From Chlorokybus atmophyticus (lineage: Eukaryota > Plantae > Mesostigma and Chlorokybus algae), in assembly GCA_009103225.1 (NCBI GenBank), contig RHPI01001412.1, positions 49,600 to 113,599 of the forward strand: a stretch of 64,000 nucleotides of DNA. Direction: 5' to 3'. The notes beneath the pieces are model-generated. The model worked only from the letters and a program-made list of their open reading frames with translations, was not told the DNA's origin and did not search any database. A program made the position numbers and the translations under genes. Numbering within the stretch: the first letter of the stretch is position 1; each line of letters starts with the position of its first letter. This document shows, piece after piece, positions 1-12,918 of the stretch.

Positions 1-93
1 AAGACCATGCGTGCACCACCCACCCACCCACACTTCCCACTCAGGAGCGTGCGCTTGCGTCCGCGGCGTCTCAGCTTGCACATGCGCGGGCAG

Positions 94-1654
94 AAAAGAC
101 GTCCCTCGCCCGCGCCCTCGCGGCCGTGGCGGACTCGCTCGCCGGCGGGAGTGGCGCAGGGGACGCACCCGTCGGAAGCATCGACAAGATCAACCGAGAG
201 GCACTCGCTGAAGGTGAGGGGAAGGGGTTGTTGGTGGTGGTGGGTGCACGCATGGTCTTGGGCCTGCAAACACGAATACATGTATCCCGCACGCAGACAA
301 GTGCACACGCGCGCACACGCATACACACATGCATGGTACATACAGTCCCGCTTGCCGTCTACGTGCACGCATACGACCGTGTGATAACTATCTACCAATG
401 CTCACACTGTATTGGCCTGCAGGAGGCGAGACAATGCCTCGCAGAGCTAAAGACTGGCACGCTTTCTCCTACGCTCCCGCAAGCGACTCCGACCCCTCCA
501 CCTCCACCTCTCCCACATCCACACGCACACGCCACCCACACTCTCACCCCAACGACGGCGACCGCGCCGTCTCCGCCCTCATCGGCGGCGTGGTCCGCAT
601 GCGTCGCCAGCTGGAGGACGCGTTGGCGTCCACTTCTTCTGTGGACGAGGAGCGGGCGCGTGTTGGGGCGCACATCGAGAGGCTGGAGGGGGAGTTGGGG
701 AGGGTGGAGCAGGCGGTGGAGGGAGTGGAAGGGGTGGTGAGCGAGATGGAGGAAGCGAGGGGACGAGAAGGGCAAGCACCCCTGCCATCGGTGAGTGTGT
801 GTACGTGCGTACGTGCGTGCGTGCGTGCGTGGACATGCATGCGTGCTTGAACATGGGTGCGTGCAAGAGCGCGTCTCTGCGTGTGTGTGCATGCATAAAT
901 GTGCCGTGCGCTTTCAGTGCACTCATGTGTGTGGGTGTCCAAGCGCACACGCGCATGTGCATGTACGTGCACGTGTCGATGTGACGTGCGTGCGTGCTCG
1001 CGCGTGTGTCAACCTGTGTCACTCAGAGTGCGTATGCATGCGTGCTCGAGTGCACATGTGCGCCAGACTCTTGTGCCATACAACTCATCACTCTACATGT
1101 GATTCTGATAGGCTCAGCCTCCTCCGGGGGCTCCATTGAGTGCGAGGATTGGGTACGCGGGGCGGGTGTTGGCACAGGTGACAACACTTACCTCTCTCCT
1201 GCAGACAAGAGATTATTCTTCGCATACCAACATAAGTGCATCTTACAGGTTGCGGCGGAAACGTCACACGTGGCAACCGAGCACGCCGCACTCGAAGCGC
1301 GCGTTGTTGAGTTGGACTTTTACGCCAAGCTGCATGACAAGCTGCTGGCTCAGGCCAGGGAACAGGTGTGGACACGCATGAGTATGCAGAGTTGTGCATG
1401 TGAACACGTGAAACTGGAGCTTGCTGTGTATGTGGTGCAGGTGGCCACGCTGCAAGCAGAACAAAGACAACAGTTGTCTCAGCAGCAACAGCAGCAAGAG
1501 GTGTTGGAGCAACAGATGGAACAACAACAACAACAACAGTTACTACAACAAGAACAAGAACAACAACAGATGCTGCAAGCACAACGACAAGCACGACAAC
1601 CACAGCAAACCCTTCAACAAACCCAACAACAAGCACAGCAACAACAACAACAGC

Positions 1655-1711
<57 letters not shown>

Positions 1712-2076
1712 CACAGCCACAGCAACAGCAACAACAACAACAACAACAGCAGCCACAGCCACAGCCACAACCACAACCACAACCACAACCACAACAACAA
1801 CAAGAGTTACAGCAGCAGCAGGAAGACTACCAGTCTCAGCAGCCCCAGGAGCAGCAGCCTCTGCAGTACTACTACCAGGAGGGCGGTTACGTCCAGCAGG
1901 AGGACGGTTCGTACGTGGAGGTCCAGGGCGGGACGTACGTGCTGCAGGAGGACGGGACGTACGCGCGGGTGCCGGACGGCTACCAGTATGCGCAGCAGGA
2001 GGACGGGACTTATGTATTGGTGCCGAGCGAAGAGTATGCGCAGTACTACCAGCAACAGGAGGAACAGCAGCAGTAA
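94..2076 (+). CDS. 3' part of a multi-exon gene for a coiled-coil/polyglutamine protein with C-terminal Tyr/Gly-rich repeats (5' end lies upstream of the window)
   Basis: Phase-compatible exons joined by eye: ...KTSLARALAAVADSLAGG...REALAE G|gtgagg; cag|GGETMPRR...RMRRQLEDALAS...APLPS|gtgagt (790); further exons GSASSGG..., VAAETSH...AREQ, and a last exon VATLQAEQRQQ...polyQ...YYQQQEEQQQ with TAA at 2074-2076. No family recognised. Confidence 0.55.
1480..1820 (+). repeat. Coding CAA/CAG polyglutamine and (QP)n tract
   Basis: Runs of caa/cag and ccacag/ccacaa seen directly in the last exon. Confidence 0.9.
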
Positions 2077-2572
2077 GAACAGCAGCAGTTGGTTGGTGCG
2101 CAGCAAGGATGATGGTGGTGTGTTGTGAGGGCTGAACAAAGTACTGTTGTCTTGTACGGGAATGTGCTCTGACTTTGCCCGTGATGCGTGGATGTCATGT
2201 GCCTTCATCGTATCGCTTAACTTGCTTGGGAATGTGTGTTCGAATGAGGTGGTCAGCGCGCTCGTTGTCAAGTTATGGCAAACAGTCTGGCAGTGGCAGT
2301 GTACATGTTGGAAGTCGTCTGCATGTACTTTATTGAATTGTAACCATATGCCAGCGCGTAATGCATGCCTTGACACGAGCCATCTGACAAGGTTGTCAGC
2401 CATACTACACGAATACAAGCCCCCCTACGTACATTAGCTCACCCATTATCGCAAAGGGGGCTATAGATATTTGACTTCGTTGCACGGCAAGGTAGATTCG
2501 ACACAGACTTAAAGGTACAAATGAACCACCCCTTCGTGTCCAGGAGTCCCTTCCACACGGCTAAAGGGGGCG

Positions 2573-2895
2573 NNNNNNNNNNNNNNNNNNNNNNNNNNNN
2601 NNNNNNNNNNNNNNNNNNNNNNNNNNNNNNNNNNNNNNNNNNNNNNNNNNNNNNNNNNNNNNNNNNNNNNNNNNNNNNNNNNNNNNNNNNNNNNNNNNNN
2701 NNNNNNNNNNNNNNNNNNNNNNNNNNNNNNNNNNNNNNNNNNNNNNNNNNNNNNNNNNNNNNNNNNNNNNNNNNNNNNNNNNNNNNNNNNNNNNNNNNNN
2801 NNNNNNNNNNNNNNNNNNNNNNNNNNNNNNNNNNNNNNNNNNNNNNNNNNNNNNNNNNNNNNNNNNNNNNNNNNNNNNNNNNNNNNNNNNNNNNN
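2573..2895. other. Assembly gap (N run)
   Basis: Ns in the sequence, flanked by G runs. Confidence 1.
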
Positions 2896-3447
2896 GGGGG
2901 AGTGCCTCTTGTCTGCAGGCACATAAGCAGATTGGCAAGTGCTTGTGCCTAATGAGAGTGCACGCAACTCGGGAGGACAACAAAGAAACGGCATTCCATG
3001 CAAGGCAACAGGCATTTGGTGTCAATGAATGAAGACGCACGGCATACCAATCATCCCTACTACAGACAGTGTATGTGTGATAGCCATGTATAGCACACCC
3101 ATGCCTACACAACCCATGCCAACTACCCGCTACTCAGCTATTTTTACCACTTACAATATGGTAGTGGGCCTGATGCAATTAGCGCTCTTCTGAACATGCC
3201 TAGCAAGGTTCTGGGTACAGTGCGCAGGGCAACGGTAGTGATACACTCCCGCACCAGTCAGCACACGGGCGGCATAAGCAAAATCCTGAAGGCAATACAA
3301 TACACAACCAACTACTACCACTCAGTCCATGAGTATATATACAGCAAAGCATACTTCATGCGCATGGCAAACGTCACTCACAGCACATCAAGCAAATAAA
3401 TATTATATACATTGCTTGTACCCACTGCTGAAAACCACTGTTGTGTC

Positions 3448-5502
3448 CTAAGCAATGGGAGCGAGCGAGCTGAGCCACCACGCATGCACAAAGCCTCCAG
3501 TCAACGACACCATGTTCACCAGGGATGACAGACCATGCAACATGCCTGCGTGTAAACACCACATCAGCTGCAGCTGGTGAGTTAATATAGACCACGCTGA
3601 CAACGGCTGTACTGAAGGCGAAAAGCTTACCGAATCGCTTTGCGAGTTGGCGCTGCGCATCACTCGTCTTGTCTCCAGCCTGCAAAACCAGACACCTTGA
3701 TAAACTATTTTCCTTGCAATGTGCAATGTGATAACGCATGTATGAGCATCCGTGTGTGCACACACGTGCACACGTGTGCACTCACACGCAGACGCCCACA
3801 TGCGCCAAATGAACAGCAAGCATGTGGCCAACTCCTGCTCGTGTCAACTCACGTTTTCCAAGTCGTATCGTTCGAGCATGACTCGTGTGGCCCACGGCTC
3901 CAGGACCACCAGGTTCGCGAGCGTGCAGACGAGGGAGAGCCCCAGGGTTAGGAGGGGCTGACCAATGGCGAGGGAGTACGGGAGTCGGGAGAGAGAAAAG
4001 AAGGAGACCAGCAGGACCAAGAGAGAGGCGGCGTTGAGCTGCAACCATCAGAGGCAAGGATAAGTGAAATGGTGTGGGTGGCTGGGTGGGTGAGATTGAA
4101 ACTGTGTATGTGTGAGCGTGCGCGCATGTGAGACTATGTATGTGTGCGTGCACATGGGCTTGTGCCTGTACTTTTGCAAACGCGCGCGTGCATGTTTGTG
4201 TGCACACATGTGCGCTTGCACTTATATACTTGTGCGTGGGTGTGGGTACTTACATGCATGCATGCTACATATGGCAGTTGTAAGCATTGCTGCTGCTGCA
4301 CCTGAAAGTATCGAGGGAAGAGGCGTGCTTGCAGCTTGCCGAAAGTTTGGCGCGGCAGGTTGCGGAACATGACAATGCCGGCAATGAACGTCGTGTATAC
4401 GGACGTGCCCAACCAGCAACCAAACGCCACGAAGTGCAAAAACCTGGTCACAGAGATGTTGTGGACATGAACACAACAAGTTGCTGTTGTAAACAACTAC
4501 CATGAGGGCCTGCTGCTCACCATGCAAGGCGTGAGGATATCATGATGCTCGATTGCGCCGAAAGGACCACAGCACCGGCAATGGCAAGCGCCCGCACTGC
4601 ATTCTTGTTGTGTATGGCTGGCGTCAACCACACCTGAGATTGCATGTGATGAGTAACTCGCAAGCAGGACAATGTGTGTGATGCGTGCATGAGCACATGT
4701 TGAATGGCGTTGTAGGGCATGCGATGTTGGGTGCTGCAAGGACACCACAACTCCGGATTTCAATGGGACAACGCGCTCCGTAACACTTGCCTGTGGGTCC
4801 CAGCTCTGAAATCCGAAGGGATTGCCCTTTCTCGTCTGCGTTAACACATGTAGCTCAGCTCACGAGTGACCAGATATAAGCATTGGTTACGTCCCGCGCC
4901 GGGGGGGGGGGGGGGGGGGGNNNNNNNNNNNNNNNNNNNNNNNNNNNNNNNNNNNNNNNNNNNNNNNNNNNNNNNNNNNNNNNNNNNNNNNNNNNNNNNN
5001 NNNNNNNNNNNNNNNNNNNGGGGGGGGGGGGGGGGGAATTGTGAACAAGCTTGGCATACATCACTTCAATTGCACTTCATGATTGTCATTGTTTTGAAGC
5101 TACAATAGGTGACATGTTATATGTGCCTGCAAGCACACCACAACTACTCCCAGCCTGCATGAAAATTGGTGGGAGCTTCGCTGTTAAGCAAGCGCTGACA
5201 GCAGACAGCCGCTGAAGACAACCAACCTGCTCCTGCGCAGGCGTAGACGCCGTCATGCGCGTGGCGGTGACGCCGTCACCGTCGCTAGCGCCGGAGGCGG
5301 AGGCGGAGGCGGAGGCAGAGGTGGCCATGCTGCGCTTCACAAACAGCCTGGAAGTCCCTGAGCAAGGGAGTAGTAGGGGAGATCGTCTGGAAGGAAGACT
5401 ACTCTGCCGCTTATGGAGCGAGGAGGACGACAAGGTCGCCAGCTTGGGGCGGAGCAGCTGCGGCGGGACTGCCACGTGGCAGCGGGAGGCGCTGAGAGCC
5501 AT
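3448..5502 (-). CDS. TMEM205: DUF4149/TMEM205-like membrane protein with an organellar transit peptide
   Basis: ATG at 5502 with a Ser/Arg-rich N-terminus (exon 5502-5227). Exons TRKGNPFGFQSWDPQ and VWLTPA...SRLAW; exon 4443-4302 FLHFVAFGCWLGTSVYTTFIAGIVMFRNLPRQTFGKLQARLFPRYFQ; then LANLVVLEPWAT and KRF/GMLHGLSSLVN...; TAG at 3448. These motifs match the TMEM205 family as I recall it. Confidence 0.85.
4921..5019. other. Assembly gap (N run) inside intron 1 of the TMEM205-like gene
   Basis: Ns flanked by poly-G on both sides. Confidence 1.
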
Positions 5503-8479
5503 GACAGAGACGTTGTGTGTAAGTGCGTTAAGTGGGCTGCCACTGTGGCCTAACTAACTGCGGTTACTGTTGTCTAGGGGCAGGTTGGCAGCTTGGCAAC
5601 GGAAGCCGGTTAGTTTAGAGACGGTGTTGGTTAGACGTGGCATGCTTTGAGCCTGGGGATTGACGGCAGAGGCCGTGCTAGAGATCCATCATGTTTCTCA
5701 TCATGCTGACCACACGCCATTACCAGCGCCGTATTCGGCACCTACCTTCAGGCGGCAGTAGCCTTCGCAGTACCGGCAGCCGGCGGCGGCGGTGGTGGCG
5801 CCCAATGCCACGGTCATAGGCATAATTCTAGCCTTACAAATGTATATAAACTGCTCGAAAATGCAATGCTTCCACCCATTCATACAATCCCCCACTCGTT
5901 GGGGTCTTTGTTAGGGTAGGGGGGGTTTTACGACAAACAAAGCCCCCCCCCAGGATATTTTTAGGGCGGGGGAGGGAGGTGGTAATGCAGGGGGAATGGT
6001 ATTTGCCGGAGTACGGTATGTGTTGCTTATGTTTACAGAGATTCAAGCCATGGTTTATTGAGTATTCAACCCCATCCAGCTCCTCATCCGTGCAATTGAT
6101 GTTGTTTTTGTGCACCCTAACTCAAGGCTAGCTGCTGTTTGTTATTTGACTTATACTCGATTCACTATAATAAATAAATAATTATAAATTACGACATATT
6201 TATCTTACAAGACCCCTATGAATCTTGCTACTCATGCAACACAACGTTTATGATACGTAGATTAGCAATACATATTCGCAGCCAATGAAAAGGATGCTTC
6301 GTATATAGGACAAATTGATAACACCCCCGCAGTTTTCACAAGCCATGCTTTATGCATAAGACTGTTATGCACAAAGTGGATGAGTTGAACTCATCCACAT
6401 TGAGGCAAGTGATATTGCAATAATATACGATTGCGCTAACAAACACATCTCATGTTCAATTGCGCACTTGTTTTCAGGTGTGTGATGATGTTCAAAAAGC
6501 AACACCTTGGCACATTTGTAGCTCTCAACTATATACGCACTTGCACTAATTTCATTATTTTGCATGCAACACTCGTATGCATTTAGTTGTATCTCTCCAC
6601 CTATGGTGCATACCTTACCTTGAATACTACATTGACATACTTGCAGTCTTTTATATTTTCGCTTGTGCTTATCCATATGAAGCAATACATACTACATAAA
6701 AACAAACCCGATCTCAAGTTATCTGACCGCTTATTGGGTATTTCATTTTATATTATTACGGACTGACCACAAATATCAGAGGTAGGGATTTTTGCAATGG
6801 TGACAAATTGTTAAACGAGTAAAACCATTTGTGCTTTGAATATAATATAGTATTAAACCTTCTTATCTGAACAACCGTCTACACTAAGATGTGCAATATT
6901 AAACCTTTATTGAGCTGCGCTGATGCACTTGGTAATCTGTTGGTCTGCACTACTGCAACTCATCGCGGAATGCAATTACGTGATAGGTGAGGCTCACATA
7001 TCAACCAAGTGCCTTATGTGCTATGCAAGTGCAAGTGCGGCGGAGGCAACAATAAAGTCGGCATTGTTGAACCACCTCAACAGGGTGGTTCATTGGGCAC
7101 AGTTGAGGAGGTCAAATGTGGTGAGCGTGGATGAGGCAATACAAGCATGTGCGCACGCATGCGTACGTGTGTGCGTGCGTGTGTGTGGCGAGCATCCGCC
7201 GCCATGTGAGACCCTTGTACATTTGTGCTTGCCTTGCAACGCAGTGTATTACGCGAGCGCATGTAGTGTAGGTAACACGTACGTTCATGTTAAAGGTTGA
7301 TAGTGTAGGTGGAGTGTGTAAGGTTGGCCCTCGGGCTCAACTTACGGGATGCCTCAAGTTGGTGTGCTCAGGTGTCACAGCATAGCCATCTTCCATACAC
7401 TTTCATACTCGGCATGATGTTATTTATGTGAAAGGTATACATACCGTAGTGGCACTAACTATTTGTCATAAAAGTATTTACCAAAGTGACAGAGACGGGA
7501 AAAGTAACTAATTACCCAAGCTGCGGCGACGAAGTCTTACATATACGCCGTTGTAGTTACAACGCGGATATCATCATGATTTAATGGATATTTGTGCATG
7601 GTATAAACGGTATCATCTATACACCAATAGCAGCTATTGCCGCGCTATTGATGAAAGGATGCAAAGTATTCGGGGGCGGAATGAGGGGGAGTAAAACTAG
7701 ACGTTGAGAAGGCCGTATTGACATATAGTAACACTACGACAATAAGTGCAACATTGCGTATGCTTATGGACTTACCGGTATGCACAAGATTTACACAATG
7801 GACGGCTTTGTCAGTATGACAACCATGGGCACGTTGCATTGTCACAATGTTGCATGTGGCAATACATCAGTTGTGTCGGTGCACAATTCAATTGAATGTT
7901 AACTTATCTTGGCACAGCAAGAAATGCTTGATAACCTCCAGATATGTTGCACACACACACACTGCACACAGCATTGACCATATGCAACCGGCAGATGGCA
8001 TTGCTGTAGGATTAGAAAATGGGGCTGCGTGAGATGCGCCGGAAACTACGTGCATTGGTGAAGAGGCAGAGCAAACAAGTGAGGCTGCATTGCACCGCTC
8101 CTGGTATACAAGACTCTTCACCCTCAGCAGATGCACGTTCTTCAGTTGACAATAGTCAAACTCTAGGCATCAGCATCCTGTACAAATGACGGATACCATG
8201 CTGTTTTGCCAGAGCCATCCACACAGGTACAACTGCTTGCTTTGACTGTGTGGTGCAGAGCAGTTGGCAAATACGCACACTGCGTGTACCCCGATACATG
8301 CCCCTAGGGCAGATGGGCATCACAGCAACAATTTCCAACCAATGCGCTCAGTTGTTGGAACACCCATGGACCAAGGTATTGTTAGGGCTAGAGCTAGGAG
8401 GACTTAAAATAGTATTGGCTAAACAATCCATCTAAAAATCAACAGTCTACTCAGTCTGCTTCAGGCAGACACCAGTCCT

Positions 8480-10210
8480 TCACCTGCAGTACCAGGAGCT
8501 GTGAGCTTCTGCATCAAAAGCGACGTGCTGCATGTGCCTTGCCCAACTGCATGCCTCTCTCACCTCTTTAAATCTCTCTTCTGAGAGAGAAACCTCAGCC
8601 AGAAGCCTCATGGCGTACTCTTGAGTCAGGTTGTCATAATCAGCTTGCTGCTTCATCACAATGTGCCCACTGATCTCCCACACAGCTGGGTTGACCTGGG
8701 TGTCCAAGATTTCTGGCTCAACCTCCCCGCGAGCTTGCCTTTCAGCAAAGCATTGGGGGAACACAAATACTCTGCATCCACGGTCCGCAATGAGGACGTT
8801 GTATGCAACATTATTGATGTTGAGTCTTTCGCAGACTGTGCCAACCAGCTCTGCCATAGCCTCCAAATTATTGCCAACCTGTACAACAGAGCGTTTGAGC
8901 ACAGAGATGACAACCACTTGCAGGGCAGCATCCTGCAAGACTCCTTGAGGACATGAACTCACCTCAAACACAAGGCCTCTGACTGGATAATGGCGCAACT
9001 CCATGATGCGCACTCCAGTGCGCCGCCGGAGGCGAGGGCGAATGCTGACTGTTGGGGCCCTCTCAACAGGGAAGGGTGCACACAGATAGTAGGCTTGGAA
9101 GTGCAGATGGTTGATGGTTGCAAAGGCGCCCAAAGAATTGTAGCCCACACGGAAGTATGGATTATCGCTCTCCAAAGCCATGTTCAGAGCTAGCAGCATG
9201 GCATCAGCATCAAGACGCTGGGGAAGACAGTCCAGAATCCTTGGCACCAGCAGCACATGTCCATACTCGATGGGGCTGACATTGATCAACACCAAGTTTG
9301 GGCTGCCCTTGGCCGGAGCGCTTTCTGTGTAGGTTGTCACCGGACTGTCGCCAGGAGCAAACTGGAATAGGACTTCACGCTGGGCTGCTTTCCTGAAGTT
9401 GAACTTCACTGCGTCAAAAGGCTGCAGGACTTGATCGATGCGGAACTCGGTGGGGCGCTTCTTGAGATGGCGACCCTCATTGAGCTGCGCTACAAACCCG
9501 TATTCTCCTGGCAACACTTTTGTTGGGCATGCTGTTACATCGTACCGGAACAGCCCTTCCTCCATGCGCTCCTCCCACTGTAAACAAAGCATCACACAAT
9601 CAGCATATGGGCTGGGAACTACCGCCACAGTGAGAAGCCACCACAATAGCACAGCGAATCACACTACTCCGAGTTGCACCTACCTGGGCAAGCAGGATGG
9701 TGTCAAACAGACTTTTGTCTTCAATCCCTGGAGATACGGTCACATCTTCCATGCTCAAGTCTGGGACAACTTGCTCTCCCAAATCTCCAAACGACCTAAT
9801 CTTCTGTGACCGAAGCTCCGTGCGCCGGGCATAACGAAGCACAGGCATTCTTGCAGCTGCAAAAGGTACACGCAATAAGCAGATGCGCACAACCCATATA
9901 CGCGTAACCAGACAGGTTTACTTGTGACACCATGCTCAATTGGCAAAACTCATTGAAAATTGCACCCATGCAAGAAATGCAACATGCAACACACAGCTGC
10001 TACCGCACAACGCTGCTTTTACTACTACTGCAAGTGCCACAACGTACTTGGCAAGCAGCAATCGTTGAGGCAGTGCTTGCCACATGGTTCTAGCTTGACC
10101 GGGCCTTCCTCCTCTATGTCTTGATAGAGGGAGATTTGGGTAACCACCCTCTGAAAGGTCAGGCGATTGCCAAGAGGCAGCGGACGCGCAACGTCCGTTA
10201 GGACAGTCAT
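8480..10210 (-). CDS. VTC2: GDP-L-galactose phosphorylase (ascorbate biosynthesis)
   Basis: ATG at 10210. Exon 1 has LTFQRVVTQISLYQ...CGKHCLNDCCLP, like the plant N-terminus. Exons 9856-9684 and 9577 onward give WEERMEEGLFRYDVTAC, QLNEGRHLKKRPTEFR, INVSPIEYGHVLL, GYNSLGAFATINHLHFQAYY (HIT-like motif) and VNPAVWEISGH. There is an 81-nt in-frame intron near 8880-8960. Confidence 0.95.
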
Positions 10211-10330
10211 TTGCGGGAAACGAAGGGCAACAGGGGGCAAATGCGCTGTACAGAGCAGCGATGGTGGAGACCCTCGCCTCCAGCCAAAGAATGAGTAACA
10301 CAAACGTCTAACCCTAAGAACTAGCTACGC

Positions 10331-10607
10331 TCAGCAAGTTCCGCAAGCACCACCTCCTCCCGACAAGGCCAACAGATCGCTAGGGTGTCCTGCAGAGCAC
10401 AATCAATCGTTGACATGTGCAGCTTCACAGAATCAGCATGCGGCCTGTAGCAAACGTGGATGCGACAACCAATGCCGTCAATGCAAGCAGCAAGCACTGA
10501 CCTCCAACGCTGGGGGAGGCGCCTCTTCCACCGTGCGGCTGGTGGTCGTGAACTGCTGCTGGGCCCCTAGCTAACTCCCAGCATAGGGGCACGCCTAAGT
10601 TCGCCGT
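10331..10607 (-). CDS. Conserved non-AUG (ACG) upstream ORF of VTC2, 54 aa, split by a 112-nt intron
   Basis: gccACGg at 10607. Exon 10607-10502 reads TANLGVPLCWELARGPAAVHDHQPHGGRGASPSVG; intron gtcagt...ctgcag at 10501-10390; exon 10389-10331 reads (G)HPSDLLALSGGGGACGTC-TGA. The joined core PHGGRGASPSVGGHPSDLLALSGGG matches the land-plant GGP uORF core (PHGGRGAxPSEGGxPSDLLFLAGGG, recalled). Confidence 0.88.
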
Positions 10608-12617
10608 GGCGTATGGCTGTTGGACGGCGGCGACGTCACGGCCCTGGATGGCGCGTGACGCGTGGCCCGCCTGATGGGTGGAGGCGGAGTAAAGCCGCCA
10701 CAAGACTGATCACAGGCAAGCAAACAGCTGAAGCGCTTCAAGTTCAGACTTCTAGCCTGTGCTCGCCAGTGGCCACGCACGCCCTGACCACGGGACCCAA
10801 CGCCCACAGCAGCTACCACCGCGCCGCCAACTGCGCCGCCGCCACCTCCGCTTCCGCCGCTACTCCACTGCCACTACTGCCACAGCAATAGCGGCGAACC
10901 CTATCAGCCAGTAAGCTGGTCTACACAACTCCGGTTAGCTAGCTGTACGACCTGCCCGCGTCCCAAGCTGGCGCGTAACTGCGCAACTACAGCAGTCAAC
11001 TGACTATGCTAACCCCGATGTCGTGACTAATTGTTTTAACCCTCGTACGTGGGCCACTGCGCGCGGCAGCTACCTACCCAGCGCGCAGCAGTTAGCACGA
11101 TCTCAACCGAGGTCCAGTTTTAGTTGAGCCTTTGGGGTTTAAGTTAGCCGAGTAAAGGAAAAGGACAATATGTATGAGTTGGGGACCAACAAACGATTCG
11201 AATGTGCGGCCAGCGGAGGGCTTAGATACCGTCGGTGGCATTATGGGCCGCGTATTAGACTCAGGGCGAATAGCGTTGCAGCAGCGCCTTGCGTTTTGAG
11301 CGGGGCCAATTCATGAACCGCAAGTTTCAGCATGTTAGGGGCATCTCTGGTGCGCGATACCCCCTCCGCTGGCCTTCGACCCTTCGCGCATGCGTTTCGC
11401 GTCAATTGAGTTCTGTGCGGAAAAAGATTGAAAGCCATTGAACCCAGGTCAGTACGGGTACACCGTGTGCACAAAGCGTACCAGCAGCACGGTGCCACCC
11501 GCAGCGCGGAGCACACATCCGTGACAAAGGGAGTACCGTACCCCGGGCGTCACGGGCGCGCAACGAATGCTTTGAGGTCTAGACCTGTGCCACGTAAAGC
11601 GAGCCATCCTCTTGCATTGATGTAAACTCTCGTGCATGCACAACGGCAAGCCGCATTGCAAACCGCACGATGGGCAGTTCACAACGTTTTAAATTGCCTT
11701 CTCATGTTGCAACATGACGCCCATGTTTCAAACAACGTCATGTGCCACAATGGCAATTGACACACCTCTATAGCAAGCTTCTGATGATGGTGTTTTTCAT
11801 GGTACAGTCTAAGTAGCAATCTGTTTTGCTTCAATATCATGCATGTTGCACGTGCACAATAGTCACAATGCAATCGAGCAATGTCACTTTGAATGTTGGA
11901 TACTGACGTGTATGCTATAAATGTGATGTATTTCATGGAGCGCAAGTGCGGCAAAGCTAGGCGTTGTACCAGACACGGTTGGCACTGCTCATGAATGTCC
12001 ATGCATATAGTGACATGCATGGGGAATGGAGCCTCCGTGCCTTGGGTAACTCGTGCCATTTTATTGTATGTATGTAACTTATGTTTTTCGTATCATTTTG
12101 AGGTTATGTTAATCTCGAATTGGATTGACATTATGCAAATAGAATTTCCTTACATGTACAGGATATGCTAACTATAATATACAGCAAGTAAAATAGGTGA
12201 ATAGAGGCAAAGCAGGTAAACAATTCAGCGGGGGATACATAGCCTCACTTAACCGCTTGGGTCGGGCCATACCACGACTTTTATTGCATGCAATGTTGTG
12301 CAATGTTATCAGGTGCGGTGGGCAAAATAATGCGAAGCATGGACAATAATCAAAGCGTAAGGGGCGCGCATCAGAGCTCAAGGAGCAGCGATTGTATATA
12401 TGTGACATGACGTGCTGTGCTTGAAGTTTATTCGTGATAAACCCCCGCGCCCAAATGAATCCTCAACCCTCGCTGCCACCCCTGTGCAGTTCAATATACA
12501 ACGTATATCAAAACACGGCTGAGAAGCATTGGCCGCCACGGACCATTGACGACGATAGATGACTGTAGCAACTGAGTTGATTATTACAGCACAACATACA
12601 ATTACACTCCCGCCCCT

Positions 12618-12918
<301 letters not shown>

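Noticed and set aside
4901-5038. Poly-G runs flanking gaps (also near 2570 and 2896)
   Set aside because: Typical of sequencing dropout at G tracts; cannot be interpreted as G-quadruplex features with Ns present.
5820-7850. AT-richer stretch with short ORFs, possibly a TE remnant
   Set aside because: No recognisable domain, TIR or TSD; cannot be supported as a feature.
11120-11200. gagtaaaggaaaa resembling U12 snRNA; nearby taaacc/tgaacc resembling a telomerase RNA template
   Set aside because: The rest of U12 (5' end, Sm site) is missing, and there is no 1.5-repeat CTAAACCCT template.
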